From: Escherichia phage FL23
Direction: 5' to 3' (one strand)
Sequence record: PP400787
DNA length: 64,000 nt
Shown: positions 49,447-59,639 of the stretch, piece after piece
Layout of the letters: the number at the start of each line of letters is the position of its first letter
Numbering within the stretch: position 1 is the first letter of the stretch
The notes under the pieces: model-generated
Database searches by the model: none
Told to the model about the DNA's origin: nothing
The model's input: only the letters and a program-made list of their open reading frames with translations
Translations under genes and position numbers: made by a program

Positions 49447-49456
49447 AGAGAAAATT

Positions 49457-49891
49457 ATGATTAAAATTAATACTACGTATCAAATGAAAAAACCGTCTGA
49501 AATTGATTTTCAGACAATGTCGAATACGACTGATAGCAAGTTTTGGGAACTTCTTGGTACAACTGGCGGATATCCTTTTACTGTTATTAGTGTTAATAGC
49601 GGAATTCTCATTGGTACAGTGTACATGGAAATTAGAAACTATTATGGAAGGGTATCATCATTCATCATCTATGAAGAAGATTTTAATCTATTGACAGAAA
49701 TTGAAAAATATGAAGACCCGACTGATTTGTTGTGTAAGGCAGTTTATATTCGTCGTCCATTCGCGAATCCGATTGGCGGTTGGGTAACTGACCAGTGGAT
49801 TGAAGATGGCGTTGAACTTCTTAATGTAGTTCATGCTGGAGAGTATTCTGTCGTTCCTCGCAGCGCAGTGATTAATGTTCGTGTAAGCTAG
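49457..49891 (+). CDS. hypothetical protein (144 aa), paralog of 49965-50462
   Basis: C-terminal motif GGWVTDQWIEDGVELLNVVHAGEY shared with next gene (AYITDQWVEDGVKLYNAVFLGTY). Confidence 0.45.
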   Translation: MIKINTTYQMKKPSEIDFQTMSNTTDSKFWELLGTTGGYPFTVISVNSGILIGTVYMEIRNYYGRVSSFIIYEEDFNLLTEIEKYEDPTDLLCKAVYIRRPFANPIGGWVTDQWIEDGVELLNVVHAGEYSVVPRSAVINVRVS

Positions 49892-49926
49892 TTTACAAAC
49901 TCTTGGGACCAGAGTATAATGGTCCC
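49891..49926 (+). promoter_or_regulatory. T4-type early promoter with 6-bp dyad gggacc/ggtccc bracketing the -10 TATAAT
   Basis: GTTTACaaactcttGGGACCagagTATAATGGTCCC. Confidence 0.5.
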
Positions 49927-49964
49927 GCGGAGTATAAAATCTTTTTAACAAGTGAGAAATAACT

Positions 49965-50462
49965 ATGATTATTAATATTGGTGAATTAGCTCGTGTATCT
50001 GATAAATCCCGCTCTAAAGCAGCAGGAAAATTGGTCGAAATTGTAAGCATTCAGCTTAAACATGGCGTTAAAGATGAAGATTCTGAAGTAAAAGTGCGTA
50101 TCATTCCTAAAGATGGAAAGTCTAAACCCCAGTTTGGCTATGTTCGTGCGAAATTTCTTGAATCTGCGTTTTTGAAAGCTGTTCCTGCTAAAGGAATTGA
50201 AACGATTGATACTTCGCATGTAGGCGTAGACTTTAAGTGGAAACTCGGTCAAGCTATTAAGTTCGTTGCTCCTTATGAATTCGAATTTACTGAAGATGAG
50301 GAAGGGGTTGTTCAAAAACACCGTACTCGTGCTATGTGCGCATACATTACCGATCAGTGGGTAGAAGATGGTGTTAAGCTGTACAACGCGGTATTTTTAG
50401 GAACATACAAAGTCATTCCTGAAAGTTGGATTAAACACTACAGCAAAGCTCGTTGTGCATAA
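49965..50462 (+). CDS. hypothetical protein (165 aa), paralog of 49457-49891
   Basis: ORF track; shared C-terminal motif. Confidence 0.45.
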   Translation: MIINIGELARVSDKSRSKAAGKLVEIVSIQLKHGVKDEDSEVKVRIIPKDGKSKPQFGYVRAKFLESAFLKAVPAKGIETIDTSHVGVDFKWKLGQAIKFVAPYEFEFTEDEEGVVQKHRTRAMCAYITDQWVEDGVKLYNAVFLGTYKVIPESWIKHYSKARCA

Positions 50463-50558
50463 AGTTTAAATTTTTTCATAAAACTATATACATCAGTAGT
50501 TGATTATGGTACTATATCAATATCAACTACTGATACAGAAAACAACTTGGAGAATAAA

Positions 50559-50828
50559 ATGGAAAACTTAATTATCATCGAGCAATCTTTTAATGATTAT
50601 GGTATGGCTTACGGTTATCGTGCGATAATGGAAGATTCTCGTGGATGTGTTATCGATATTGCTGAATGTAAAGATTTACTGCAGCTTTTGAAGATTGTTC
50701 GTAAAAATTGGGATTGTGAAAACATTAAAGTTCGTGTTGTAACGGAAGAAGAAACTGTTTTTCATGATGTAAAATTTGCCAAAGGTGCTGCTACTCTTCT
50801 GAAACGCATCGCTCCACTGTTCAATTAA
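50559..50828 (+). CDS. hypothetical protein (89 aa)
   Basis: ATG after degenerate copy of the leader cassette. Confidence 0.4.
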   Translation: MENLIIIEQSFNDYGMAYGYRAIMEDSRGCVIDIAECKDLLQLLKIVRKNWDCENIKVRVVTEEETVFHDVKFAKGAATLLKRIAPLFN

Positions 50829-50841
50829 TGAGGAAATTGTA

Positions 50842-51057
50842 ATGAAACGTAAAACTGTTCAGAAATGCACTAATGACGAATTTGAAGATGTATTATTCGA
50901 TCCAGATTTGGTAGTGGTTCAAAAGGAACACACTGCTAAGTTTACTCACTTGACTTCAGTTTATGTGTATGAAAAGGTTGGTGATAAACAACCGATTTAT
51001 GGTGTATTCCGTGAAATCACTGAAGACTGTACAACTTACTGGAAGGAAATTTATTAA
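50842..51057 (+). CDS. hypothetical protein (71 aa)
   Basis: ORF track. Confidence 0.4.
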   Translation: MKRKTVQKCTNDEFEDVLFDPDLVVVQKEHTAKFTHLTSVYVYEKVGDKQPIYGVFREITEDCTTYWKEIY

Positions 51058-51461
51058 TGGCTATTAGATTTGAAGTTAATAAATGGTATCAATTTAAAAA
51101 TAAACAAGCTCAAGAAGCTTTTATTAAAGACCATACTGATAACGGAATCTACGCACGCCGTTTAGGTATGGAACCTTTTAAAATTTTAGATGTTGACCAT
51201 CTCAGTCGTCCTACTAAAATTGTGACATCCACAGGTGTACTCAAACGTTGTGCCGGCGCTGATATCCTTGACGAAAACTTTATCTGGCTCTCTACTAACG
51301 AAGCTGAGTTCTTTGATGAAGTGGAAAATCCATACCAAGCTTCTGAAGAGCAAGAACAGATAGAAGATTTTACAGAATTCCCGGTAATGAAAGTTACTAT
51401 TGAAAATAATGAACATGCATGGTCCTTGTATCAGATGTTGAAAGCACATTTTAAGGAATAA
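51057..51461 (+). CDS. hypothetical protein (134 aa)
   Basis: ORF track. Confidence 0.4.
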   Translation: MAIRFEVNKWYQFKNKQAQEAFIKDHTDNGIYARRLGMEPFKILDVDHLSRPTKIVTSTGVLKRCAGADILDENFIWLSTNEAEFFDEVENPYQASEEQEQIEDFTEFPVMKVTIENNEHAWSLYQMLKAHFKE

Positions 51462-51642
51462 TTATGCCAATGTATGATTATAAATGCCAATCCGAAGATT
51501 GCGGGCATGAATATGAAAAAATTAAAAAGATTTCTGAACGAGAAAATGATGTTTGCCCTAAATGTCATCGTCTGTCTATTCGTCGGCCTTCTGCTCCTAA
51601 GCATGTGAATGGCGGTTTTTACGACTTACTTAAAGGGTAATT

Positions 51643-52014
51643 ATGTTTAAAATCGGTAAGAAGTATCGTATTCGCGAAGGCGAAGAAAAGAAATATCTAT
51701 TTTCTGCTATTTATAGGAATGGTTCTATTAGTAATGTAATATCTACAAGCGAATTTATCGTTGAAGATATGAAGGGTAATAATGTTACAATGATTAGTAC
51801 AGCATCTGGAAATGATGGAAAAATTCTTCACAGTTTTCAGAGTAATGTTCTAATTTATGATGAAGAGTTTGACCTATTTGAAGAAGTTACAGAAGATTTT
51901 GATTTTGGATGCACCATCACTATGAAATCTGGTGACCCTCTTTCTTTTACAGTTAAAGATGAAAGAAGTCGCTTGAGAATTATTAGTCTCCTTCAAGCCA
52001 TTAAATTTGAGTGA
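51643..52014 (+). CDS. hypothetical protein (123 aa)
   Basis: ORF track. Confidence 0.4.
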   Translation: MFKIGKKYRIREGEEKKYLFSAIYRNGSISNVISTSEFIVEDMKGNNVTMISTASGNDGKILHSFQSNVLIYDEEFDLFEEVTEDFDFGCTITMKSGDPLSFTVKDERSRLRIISLLQAIKFE

Positions 52015-52018
52015 AATT

Positions 52019-52279
52019 ATGAAATATGTTAATCGTTCTATCGCGGCATTAGTATTAGCAGTATCTTTAGTAGGATGTACTGATGCTGATAATGCAACCA
52101 AAGTTTTGTCTTCAAGTGGTTTTACTAATATTGAAATTACTGGATATAATTGGTTCGGTTGCTCTGAAAATGATTTCCAACATACTGGATTTCGTGCTAT
52201 TGGACCTACCGGGCAGAAAGTAGAAGGAACCGTATGTTCTGGTCTATTCTTCAAGGATTCGACTATCCGCTTTAAATAA
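52019..52279 (+). CDS. predicted lipoprotein (86 aa)
   Basis: Signal peptide with lipobox LVGC (MKYVNRSIAALVLAVSLVGCTD). Confidence 0.5.
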   Translation: MKYVNRSIAALVLAVSLVGCTDADNATKVLSSSGFTNIEITGYNWFGCSENDFQHTGFRAIGPTGQKVEGTVCSGLFFKDSTIRFK

Positions 52280-52322
52280 AAGGCCTTCGGGCCTTTAGCT
52301 TTATGATTACTGGAGTATAATA
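52280..52322 (+). promoter_or_regulatory. terminator hairpin (ggccTTCGggcc) fused to MotA-box-like middle promoter of gene 39
   Basis: aaaggccttcgggccttt-aGCTTTA-12nt-TATAAT. Confidence 0.5.
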
Positions 52323-52348
52323 TTCCCGAAACCAAACGAGGATAAGTG

Positions 52349-54166
52349 ATGATTAAGAATGAAATTAAAATTCTGAGCGATATTGAACATATCAAAAAGC
52401 GTAGCGGCATGTATATTGGCTCTTCTGCTAATGAAATGCATGAGCGCTTTCTGTTTGGTAAATGGGAAAGTGTTCAGTATGTACCTGGTCTTGTTAAGCT
52501 TATTGATGAAATTATCGATAACTCAGTAGATGAAGGTATTCGTACTAAGTTTAAATTCGCGAATAAAATTAATGTTACTATTAAAAACAATCAAGTAACA
52601 GTTGAAGATAACGGTCGTGGTATTCCACAGGCGATGGTTAAAACACCTACCGGTGAAGAAATTCCTGGTCCTGTTGCTGCATGGACTATTCCAAAAGCAG
52701 GTGGTAACTTCGGTGATGACAAAGAACGCGTCACTGGCGGTATGAACGGTGTTGGTTCTAGTTTAACTAACATTTTTTCTGTGATGTTTGTCGGTGAAAC
52801 TGGCGACGGTCAAAATAATATTGTAGTTCGTTGTTCAAACGGCATGGAAAATAAATCATGGGAAACTATTCCTGGAAAATGGAAAGGAACTCGCGTTACT
52901 TTCATTCCTGATTTTATGTCATTTGAAACTAATGAGCTATCTCAAGTTTATCTTGACATTACACTAGATCGTCTCCAGACACTTGCAGTAGTTTATCCTG
53001 ATATTCAATTTACCTTTAATGGTAAAAAGGTTCAGGGCAATTTTAAGAAGTATGCACGCCAGTATGATGAGCATGCTATCGTTCAAGAACAGGAAAATTG
53101 CTCTATTGCGGTTGGTCGTTCACCGGATGGTTTTCGTCAATTAACATACGTCAATAACATTCATACTAAGAATGGTGGTCATCACATTGACTGTGTTATG
53201 GATGATATTTGTGAAGACCTTATTCCACAAATCAAACGTAAATTTAAAATTGATGTAACTAAAGCACGCGTTAAAGAATGTTTGACTATCGTCATGTTTG
53301 TTCGTGATATGAAAAACATGCGATTTGATTCTCAAACTAAAGAGCGTTTGACTTCTCCATTTGGTGAAATTCGTAGTCATATTCAGCTTGATGCTAAAAA
53401 GATTTCACGTGCTATTTTAAATAATGAAGCAATTTTAATGCCAATTATTGAAGCTGCTTTGGCTCGTAAATTGGCGGCAGAAAAAGCAGCAGAAACTAAA
53501 GCAGCTAAAAAGGCTTCTAAAGCTAAGGTTCATAAACATATTAAAGCGAATCTTTGTGGTAAAGATGCTGACACTACTCTTTTCTTGACTGAGGGTGATT
53601 CCGCTATCGGATATCTTATTGATGTTCGTGATAAAGAACTTCATGGTGGTTATCCATTACGTGGTAAAGTTCTCAACAGTTGGGGTATGTCATATGCTGA
53701 TATGCTTAAAAACAAAGAACTGTTTGATATTTGCGCAATCACTGGATTGGTTCTTGGTGAAAAAGCTGAAAACTTAAATTATCATAATATTGCAATTATG
53801 ACCGATGCTGACCATGATGGTCTAGGAAGCATTTATCCTTCTCTGCTCGGATTTTTCAGTAATTGGCCAGAACTGTTTGAACAAGGAAGAATTCGCTTTG
53901 TCAAAACTCCTGTAATCATCGCTCAGGTCGGTAAAAAACAAGAATGGTTTTATACAGTCGCTGAATATGAGAGTGCTAAAGATGCTCTACCTAAACATAG
54001 CATCCGTTATATTAAGGGACTTGGCTCTTTGGAAAAATCTGAATATCGTGAGATGATTCAAAATCCAGTATATGATGTTGTTAAACTTCCTGAGAATTGG
54101 AAAGAGCTTTTTGAAATGCTCATGGGAGATAATGCTGACCTTCGTAAAGAATGGATGAGCCAGTAG
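52349..54166 (+). CDS. 39: type II DNA topoisomerase large (GyrB-like ATPase) subunit gp39, unsplit form
   Basis: 605 aa single ORF (GHKL ATPase plus Toprim); T4 splits this into genes 39 and 60, here no gene 60. Confidence 0.9.
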   Translation: MIKNEIKILSDIEHIKKRSGMYIGSSANEMHERFLFGKWESVQYVPGLVKLIDEIIDNSVDEGIRTKFKFANKINVTIKNNQVTVEDNGRGIPQAMVKTPTGEEIPGPVAAWTIPKAGGNFGDDKERVTGGMNGVGSSLTNIFSVMFVGETGDGQNNIVVRCSNGMENKSWETIPGKWKGTRVTFIPDFMSFETNELSQVYLDITLDRLQTLAVVYPDIQFTFNGKKVQGNFKKYARQYDEHAIVQEQENCSIAVGRSPDGFRQLTYVNNIHTKNGGHHIDCVMDDICEDLIPQIKRKFKIDVTKARVKECLTIVMFVRDMKNMRFDSQTKERLTSPFGEIRSHIQLDAKKISRAILNNEAILMPIIEAALARKLAAEKAAETKAAKKASKAKVHKHIKANLCGKDADTTLFLTEGDSAIGYLIDVRDKELHGGYPLRGKVLNSWGMSYADMLKNKELFDICAITGLVLGEKAENLNYHNIAIMTDADHDGLGSIYPSLLGFFSNWPELFEQGRIRFVKTPVIIAQVGKKQEWFYTVAEYESAKDALPKHSIRYIKGLGSLEKSEYREMIQNPVYDVVKLPENWKELFEMLMGDNADLRKEWMSQ

Positions 54167-54195
54167 TTTACTTTACCACAAGGATGTGGTATAAT
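54166..54195 (+). promoter_or_regulatory. T4-type early promoter
   Basis: GTTTAC-tttaccacaaggatgtgg-TATAAT. Confidence 0.55.
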
Positions 54196-54220
54196 TAATT
54201 GGGCAAATGAGGATATTGAA

Positions 54221-54424
54221 ATGAAATCATATAAAGTAAATTTAGAACTTTTTGATAAAGCAGTTCATCGAGAATATAGAATCATTCAACGCTTTTTCGA
54301 TATGGGAGAAGCCGAAGAGTTTAAAAACCGCTTTAAGGATATTAGAGATAAAATTCAATCCGACACTGCAACTAAAGATGAACTACTAGAAGTTGCTGAA
54401 GTTATTAAACGCAATATGAATTAA
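54221..54424 (+). CDS. hypothetical protein (67 aa; rIIA.1 position)
   Basis: ORF track. Confidence 0.45.
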   Translation: MKSYKVNLELFDKAVHREYRIIQRFFDMGEAEEFKNRFKDIRDKIQSDTATKDELLEVAEVIKRNMN

Positions 54425-54434
54425 TGAGGAAATT

Positions 54435-56612
54435 ATGATTATCACCACTGAAAAAGAAACAATTCTTGGTAATGGTTCTAAATCAAAGGCATTTAGCATC
54501 ACAGCATCTCCTAAAGTATTTAAAATTTTGTCATCTGATTTGTATACAAACAAGATTCGCGCAGTAGTCCGCGAATTGATTACCAACATGATTGATGCCC
54601 ATGCTCTCAATGGAAATCCTGAAAAATTTATCATTCAAGTTCCAGGACGATTAGATCCGCGATTTGTTTGTCGAGATTTTGGTCCAGGTATGAGCGATTT
54701 TGATATTCAAGGTGATGATAATTCTCCTGGGTTGTATAATTCATACTTCAGTTCATCTAAAGCTGAATCTAACGATTTCATTGGTGGATTTGGTTTAGGT
54801 TCTAAATCTCCATTTAGTTATACTGATACGTTTAGTATTACTTCATATCATAAAGGTGAAATTCGTGGTTATGTAGCTTATATGGATGGTGATGGTCCAC
54901 AGATTAAACCTACATTCGTAAAAGAAATGGGTCCAGATGATAAAACTGGTATTGAAATCGTAGTTCCAGTTGAAGAAAAAGACTTTAGAAACTTTGCTTA
55001 TGAAGTTTCTTATATCATGCGACCGTTCAAAGATTTGGCTATCATTAATGGTCTTGACCGCGAAATTGATTATTTTCCGGATTTTGATGATTATTATGGC
55101 GTAAATCCAGAAAGATACTGGCCAGATCGTGGTGGATTGTACGCTATCTATGGTGGTATTGTTTATCCTATTGACGGTGTTATTAGAGACCGTAACTGGT
55201 TAAGCATTCGCAATGAAGTGAATTATATTAAGTTTCCAATGGGTTCACTTGATATTGCTCCATCGCGTGAGGCTCTTTCGCTGGATGATCGTACTCGTAA
55301 AAATATTATTGAGCGTGTTAAAGAGCTTAGTGAGAAGGCATTCAATGAAGATGTAAAACGATTTAAAGAATCTACATCTCCTCGTCATACATACCGTGAA
55401 TTGATGAAGATGGGATATTCTGCTCGAGATTATATGATTAGCAATTCAGTCAAATTCACGACTAAAAATCTGTCATATAAAAAGATGCAGAGCATGTTTG
55501 AACCTGACAGTAAGTTATGCAATGCAGGGGTTGTGTATGAAGTAAATCTTGACCCTCGACTGAAACGCATTAAGCAAAGCCATGAAACTTCAGCCGTTGC
55601 GTCAAGCTATCGTCTGTTTGGTATTAATACGACAAAAATTAATATTGTTATTGATAATACTAAAAATCGTGTTAATATTGTCCGTGGATTAGCACGCGCG
55701 TTAGATGATAGTGAATTTAATAACACTTTGAATATTCATCACAATGAGCGGCTTCTGTTTATTAATCCGGAAGTAGAATCACAGATTGATTTACTCCCTG
55801 ATATTATGGCAATGTTTGAAAGTGATGAAGTTAACATTCATTATTTGTCAGAAATTGAAGCTTTAGTTAAAAGTTATATTCCAAAGGCAGTAAAAAGTAC
55901 AGCTCCTCGTCCTAAAGCTGCTACTGCATTTAAGTTTGAAATTAAAGACGGGCGCTGGGAAAAAGAGGAACTATTTACGCTCACATCAGAAGCAGATGAA
56001 ATTACTGGTTATGTAGCATACATGCATCGTTCTGATATTTTCTCTATGGATGGTACTACATCGCTTTGTCATCCATCTACGAGTATTTTGACTCGTATGG
56101 CTAATCTTATTGGCATTAATGAATTTTATGTTATTCGTCCGCTTTTGCAGAAAAAGGTAAAAGAACTCGGTCAGTGTCAATGTATTTTTGAAACTCTACG
56201 TGATTTATATGTAGATGCTTTTGATGCTGTAGATTATGATAAGTATGTAGGTTATTCAAGTTCAGCTAAACGATACATTGATAAAATTATCAAGTATCCT
56301 GAGTTAGATTTTATGATGAAGTACTTCAGTGTAGATGAAGTTTCTGAAGAATATACACGACTCGCTAATATGGTTAGTTCATTACAGGGTGTATATTTCA
56401 ACGGTGGAAAAGATACCATCGGTCATGACATCTGGACAGTAACTAATCTTTTTGATGTATTATCAAATAATGCTTCAAAAAACAGTGATAAAATGGTTGC
56501 TGAGTTTACCAAGAAATTCCGTATTGTTTCCGACTTCATCGGTTATCGCAACTCTTTAAGTGATGATGAAGTTTCCCAAATCGCTAAAACTATGAAGGCC
56601 CTTGCGGCCTAA
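54435..56612 (+). CDS. rIIA: rIIA protein
   Basis: 725 aa; N-terminal GHKL-like ATPase region ([15 protein letters not shown]); T4 rIIA length. Confidence 0.9.
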   Translation: MIITTEKETILGNGSKSKAFSITASPKVFKILSSDLYTNKIRAVVRELITNMIDAHALNGNPEKFIIQVPGRLDPRFVCRDFGPGMSDFDIQGDDNSPGLYNSYFSSSKAESNDFIGGFGLGSKSPFSYTDTFSITSYHKGEIRGYVAYMDGDGPQIKPTFVKEMGPDDKTGIEIVVPVEEKDFRNFAYEVSYIMRPFKDLAIINGLDREIDYFPDFDDYYGVNPERYWPDRGGLYAIYGGIVYPIDGVIRDRNWLSIRNEVNYIKFPMGSLDIAPSREALSLDDRTRKNIIERVKELSEKAFNEDVKRFKESTSPRHTYRELMKMGYSARDYMISNSVKFTTKNLSYKKMQSMFEPDSKLCNAGVVYEVNLDPRLKRIKQSHETSAVASSYRLFGINTTKINIVIDNTKNRVNIVRGLARALDDSEFNNTLNIHHNERLLFINPEVESQIDLLPDIMAMFESDEVNIHYLSEIEALVKSYIPKAVKSTAPRPKAATAFKFEIKDGRWEKEELFTLTSEADEITGYVAYMHRSDIFSMDGTTSLCHPSTSILTRMANLIGINEFYVIRPLLQKKVKELGQCQCIFETLRDLYVDAFDAVDYDKYVGYSSSAKRYIDKIIKYPELDFMMKYFSVDEVSEEYTRLANMVSSLQGVYFNGGKDTIGHDIWTVTNLFDVLSNNASKNSDKMVAEFTKKFRIVSDFIGYRNSLSDDEVSQIAKTMKALAA

Positions 56613-56623
56613 TAAGGAAAATT

Positions 56624-57562
56624 ATGTACAATATTAAATGCCTGACCAAAAACGAACAAGCTGAAATTGTCAAACTGTATTCAAGTGGTAATTACACCCA
56701 ACAGGAATTGGCTGATTGGCAAGGTGTATCGGTGGACACAATCCGTCGTGTTTTGAAAAATGCTGAAGAAGCTGAGCGCTCCAAAGTTACCATTAGCGGT
56801 GACATTACAGTTACAGTTAATAGCGATGCAGTTATTGCTCCAGTTGCTAAATCTGATATTGTTTGGAATGCATCTAAAAAATTCATTTCAATTACCGTTG
56901 ACGGCGTAACTTATAACGCAACTCCTAATACTCATTCAAACTTCCAAGAAATTCTTAATCTGCTTGTTGCAGATAAATTGGAAGAAGCTGCGCAAAAAAT
57001 TAACGTTCGTCGCGCTGTTGAAAAATATATTTCCGGTGATGTTCGAATTGAAGGTGGAAGCTTGTTCTATCAAAACATTGAATTACGGTCTGGTTTAGTT
57101 GATCGTATTCTCGATTCGATGGAAAAAGGTGAAAACTTTGAATTTTATTTTCCGTTCCTGGAAAATCTGCTGGAAAACCCAAGCCAAAAAGCAGTATCTC
57201 GACTCTTTGATTTCTTGGTAGCAAATGATATTGAAATTACAGAAGATGGTTACTTCTATGCTTGGAAAGTAGTTCGCAGCAATTACTTTGATTGTCACTC
57301 AAATACCTTTGATAACAGCCCTGGTAAAGTAGTTAAAATGCCACGTACTCGCGTGAATGACGATGATACGCAAACTTGTTCTCGTGGTCTGCATGTGTGT
57401 TCTAAATCTTATATTCGTCACTTTGGCAGTTCAACCAGCCGAGTTGTAAAAGTTAAAGTACATCCTCGCGATGTAGTATCAATTCCGATTGATTATAACG
57501 ACGCTAAAATGCGTACCTGCCAATACGAAGTAGTTGAAGACGTTACTGAACAATTTAAATAA
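56624..57562 (+). CDS. rIIB: rIIB protein
   Basis: 312 aa; immediately downstream of rIIA; T4 rIIB length. Confidence 0.85.
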   Translation: MYNIKCLTKNEQAEIVKLYSSGNYTQQELADWQGVSVDTIRRVLKNAEEAERSKVTISGDITVTVNSDAVIAPVAKSDIVWNASKKFISITVDGVTYNATPNTHSNFQEILNLLVADKLEEAAQKINVRRAVEKYISGDVRIEGGSLFYQNIELRSGLVDRILDSMEKGENFEFYFPFLENLLENPSQKAVSRLFDFLVANDIEITEDGYFYAWKVVRSNYFDCHSNTFDNSPGKVVKMPRTRVNDDDTQTCSRGLHVCSKSYIRHFGSSTSRVVKVKVHPRDVVSIPIDYNDAKMRTCQYEVVEDVTEQFK

Positions 57563-57582
57563 GGGCTTCGGCCCTTAACTAA
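57563..57582 (+). terminator. rho-independent terminator (gggcTTCGgccc)
   Basis: aagggcttcggccctt. Confidence 0.55.
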
Positions 57583-57590
57583 GGAAAATT

Positions 57591-57785
57591 ATGTTAGGTT
57601 ATCAAGCACGAGTAAAAGAAGAATACGATCAATTAATGCTCAAAATTAATGCACTGAGCAAATTTTTAGAAAGTGAAAAGTTTTCAACGGTTAATGCAGT
57701 TGAGCAAGAACTGTTGCTTTCGCAGTTCATCTCAATGAAATCTTACGCGGATTGTTTAGAGAAAAGAATTGCACAGTTCAAATAA
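57591..57785 (+). CDS. hypothetical protein (64 aa)
   Basis: ORF track; flanked by two terminator hairpins. Confidence 0.4.
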   Translation: MLGYQARVKEEYDQLMLKINALSKFLESEKFSTVNAVEQELLLSQFISMKSYADCLEKRIAQFK

Positions 57786-57789
57786 AATA

Positions 57790-57815
57790 AGGGGCTTCGG
57801 CCCTTTTGTTTTAAG
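57790..57815 (+). terminator. rho-independent terminator (ggggcTTCGgccc + T-run)
   Basis: aaggggcttcggcccttttgtttt. Confidence 0.6.
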
Positions 57816-57823
57816 GAAAAATT

Positions 57824-58153
57824 ATGATTTATTGTATGAATATCGGTGATTCCGACATAAAAGAGATTAAACTGCACGGAAATCATCACGCTAATATTGT
57901 GTACTGCAATAAATTTGAGTTTGGTCATGAAAAACTTGGGGTTCTTTATTGCAATGATGTTATAATCATGGATAAAAAGGAACTCGATGAACTCGACCGT
58001 GAGTCTTTAGATGAAAATGACAGAATTTATTATGGTACTCTTAAAGTATATAACGCTTATCTTAGCGGTAAAAAGGAAAGTCTAAATGCAGAAAACGAAT
58101 CCGGGTTTACAGAGACTATTTCAGATTCCGACATTTACCCTATCGAACAATGA
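57824..58153 (+). CDS. hypothetical protein (109 aa)
   Basis: ORF track. Confidence 0.4.
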   Translation: MIYCMNIGDSDIKEIKLHGNHHANIVYCNKFEFGHEKLGVLYCNDVIIMDKKELDELDRESLDENDRIYYGTLKVYNAYLSGKKESLNAENESGFTETISDSDIYPIEQ

Positions 58154-58643
58154 TTTGACTAGTGAAATGAAGGTCAAAATTGCTGATACAGCAAGATACT
58201 CTTTAAAACAAAACCCAAACCAGGATAAAGCAGAAGTCATTGAAAGATGTCGTATCGCTGTGTACGCAGAATTTTTTGTAGCAGATTGGCTGAGCGGGTA
58301 TGTTAACAAAGGCCAAGAGGATGTTAATGACCCATATACATATGCGTGGGATGTATTGGCGCATCCAAGATATTGCGGGCTTCGTGTAGAAGTCAAAACA
58401 CACCAAACTGACTCACGTTGGATTTCTGTAACAACAGGATGCAGCGGAGAGTATCCATACGGTTCTGGAATAAATCTAGGGCCCATTCTGAATCATCAGG
58501 TCGCTGACTGTATAATTATATTCAACACTAAAGAAATTCATCCAGGTGTCATCCAGTACACTCCGAAGTTCATCGGTGATAGAGAAGACCTTCGTAAGGT
58601 TGTAAGAAAAAGCAACTACAACGGATGGTATCTTTCCATTTAA
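58086..58643 (+). CDS. denB: endonuclease IV (DenB)-like
   Basis: 185 aa, same length and position (between rIIB and ndd) as T4 DenB; overlaps previous ORF by 68 nt so start is uncertain. Confidence 0.55.
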   Translation: MQKTNPGLQRLFQIPTFTLSNNDLTSEMKVKIADTARYSLKQNPNQDKAEVIERCRIAVYAEFFVADWLSGYVNKGQEDVNDPYTYAWDVLAHPRYCGLRVEVKTHQTDSRWISVTTGCSGEYPYGSGINLGPILNHQVADCIIIFNTKEIHPGVIQYTPKFIGDREDLRKVVRKSNYNGWYLSI

Positions 58644-58723
58644 AAATTTTCACAAAACGGTTTACATACCACAAGGACTGTGGTACTATACAACTATCAA
58701 CTGATACGGATTTGGAGAACAAA
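58641..58723 (+). repeat. early promoter plus conserved leader cassette, copy 3
   Basis: GTTTACataccacaaggactgtggTACTATacaactatcaactgatacggatttggagaacaaa. Confidence 0.6.
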
Positions 58724-58930
58724 ATGTTTACTACAGCTGAATTAAAACGAGCAAAAGCTAAGAAAGGGCAAGGAAAATATAAAGCTGAATTAGTTAAAGA
58801 ACTTCAGTTTGCTGAGGCTGAATTGAATTCAATGATTATTCAAAATGCTCCAGAAGCTGAAATCGCTCTTAAACGTATTGCGAATAAGTGTCTTCGTGAT
58901 GCAATCGTCGATCTTTTAGCGGATTATTGA
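58724..58930 (+). CDS. hypothetical protein (68 aa)
   Basis: ATG after cassette SD. Confidence 0.45.
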   Translation: MFTTAELKRAKAKKGQGKYKAELVKELQFAEAELNSMIIQNAPEAEIALKRIANKCLRDAIVDLLADY

Positions 58931-59147
58931 GTAAAATGAAAATCGTTGAGATTGAACTATGAGTTCACTATGGTGGTGTTTTGTTTGGTTAATTAGTATT
59001 CCAGTAATTTGTTTAACATTTACTTTTGTAGTGAGGTTATTATGAAAATTTTGAATTCTGTACTTATTGCTTGCGCGTGGTGGGTTGCACAGGTTTCAGC
59101 GGTAGTAGTTGGTATTCACATTTATTACGAATATTTTTAAAAAAGTT

Positions 59148-59205
59148 GTTTACAAGACTGTTCCTCTGTGGTACTATACAACTATCAACTACGGAGGAAC
59201 AGAAA
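59148..59205 (+). repeat. early promoter/leader cassette, variant class (identical to 5458-5515)
   Basis: 58-nt block identical to copy at 5458. Confidence 0.6.
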
Positions 59206-59319
59206 ATGAAAAAGATTGTTAAAGCTATATGGAATGTAGTTATAATATTAGTAGTTTTGAGTATATTCCCAATCGTTTTAATGATTGATGTATTAAACGC
59301 TTACTTTGGATTTATGTGA
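59206..59319 (+). CDS. membrane micro-protein (37 aa)
   Basis: MKKIVKAIWNVVIILVVLSIFPIVLMIDVLNAYFGFM. Confidence 0.4.
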   Translation: MKKIVKAIWNVVIILVVLSIFPIVLMIDVLNAYFGFM

Positions 59320-59326
59320 GGAAAAT

Positions 59327-59524
59327 ATGAAGCGTAAACGCAGTGCTTTTACATTTATTGAATGGTTTTTCGATAATATTTTTCCAGCTTTATTCATTTT
59401 CATGCTGATTTTCGCCTTGGGTTCAGTTGTAGTTGGAATCTATTTGATGGCAGTTGTCGGAATGGACATTCATCAAAATGGCTTAAAATCTGTAGTTGAA
59501 ACAATTTGGAATGGTGTAAAATGA
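59327..59524 (+). CDS. small membrane protein (65 aa)
   Basis: Hydrophobic core FPALFIFMLIFALGSVVVGIYLMAVVG. Confidence 0.4.
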   Translation: MKRKRSAFTFIEWFFDNIFPALFIFMLIFALGSVVVGIYLMAVVGMDIHQNGLKSVVETIWNGVK

Positions 59525-59639
59525 TGAATTTGCTGAGTGGTTGGTTTTATATTCTTATGTTTTACATTGGCGCAAATTTTCCATATTGGATGGGATGGTC
59601 AACAACTGCATTTGGATTTTATACTCCTTGAGGTGAATT

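Noticed and set aside
51874-52410. 178-aa minus-strand ORF
   Set aside because: Runs antisense through a convincing lipoprotein gene, a terminator hairpin, a middle promoter and the start of gene 39. It has no upstream promoter or RBS context, so it is most likely a shadow ORF.
52349-54424. Search for the gene 60 ribosomal bypass (50-nt coding gap) next to gene 39
   Set aside because: Gene 39 is a continuous 605-aa ORF and rIIA.1 follows immediately; there is no room for gene 60.
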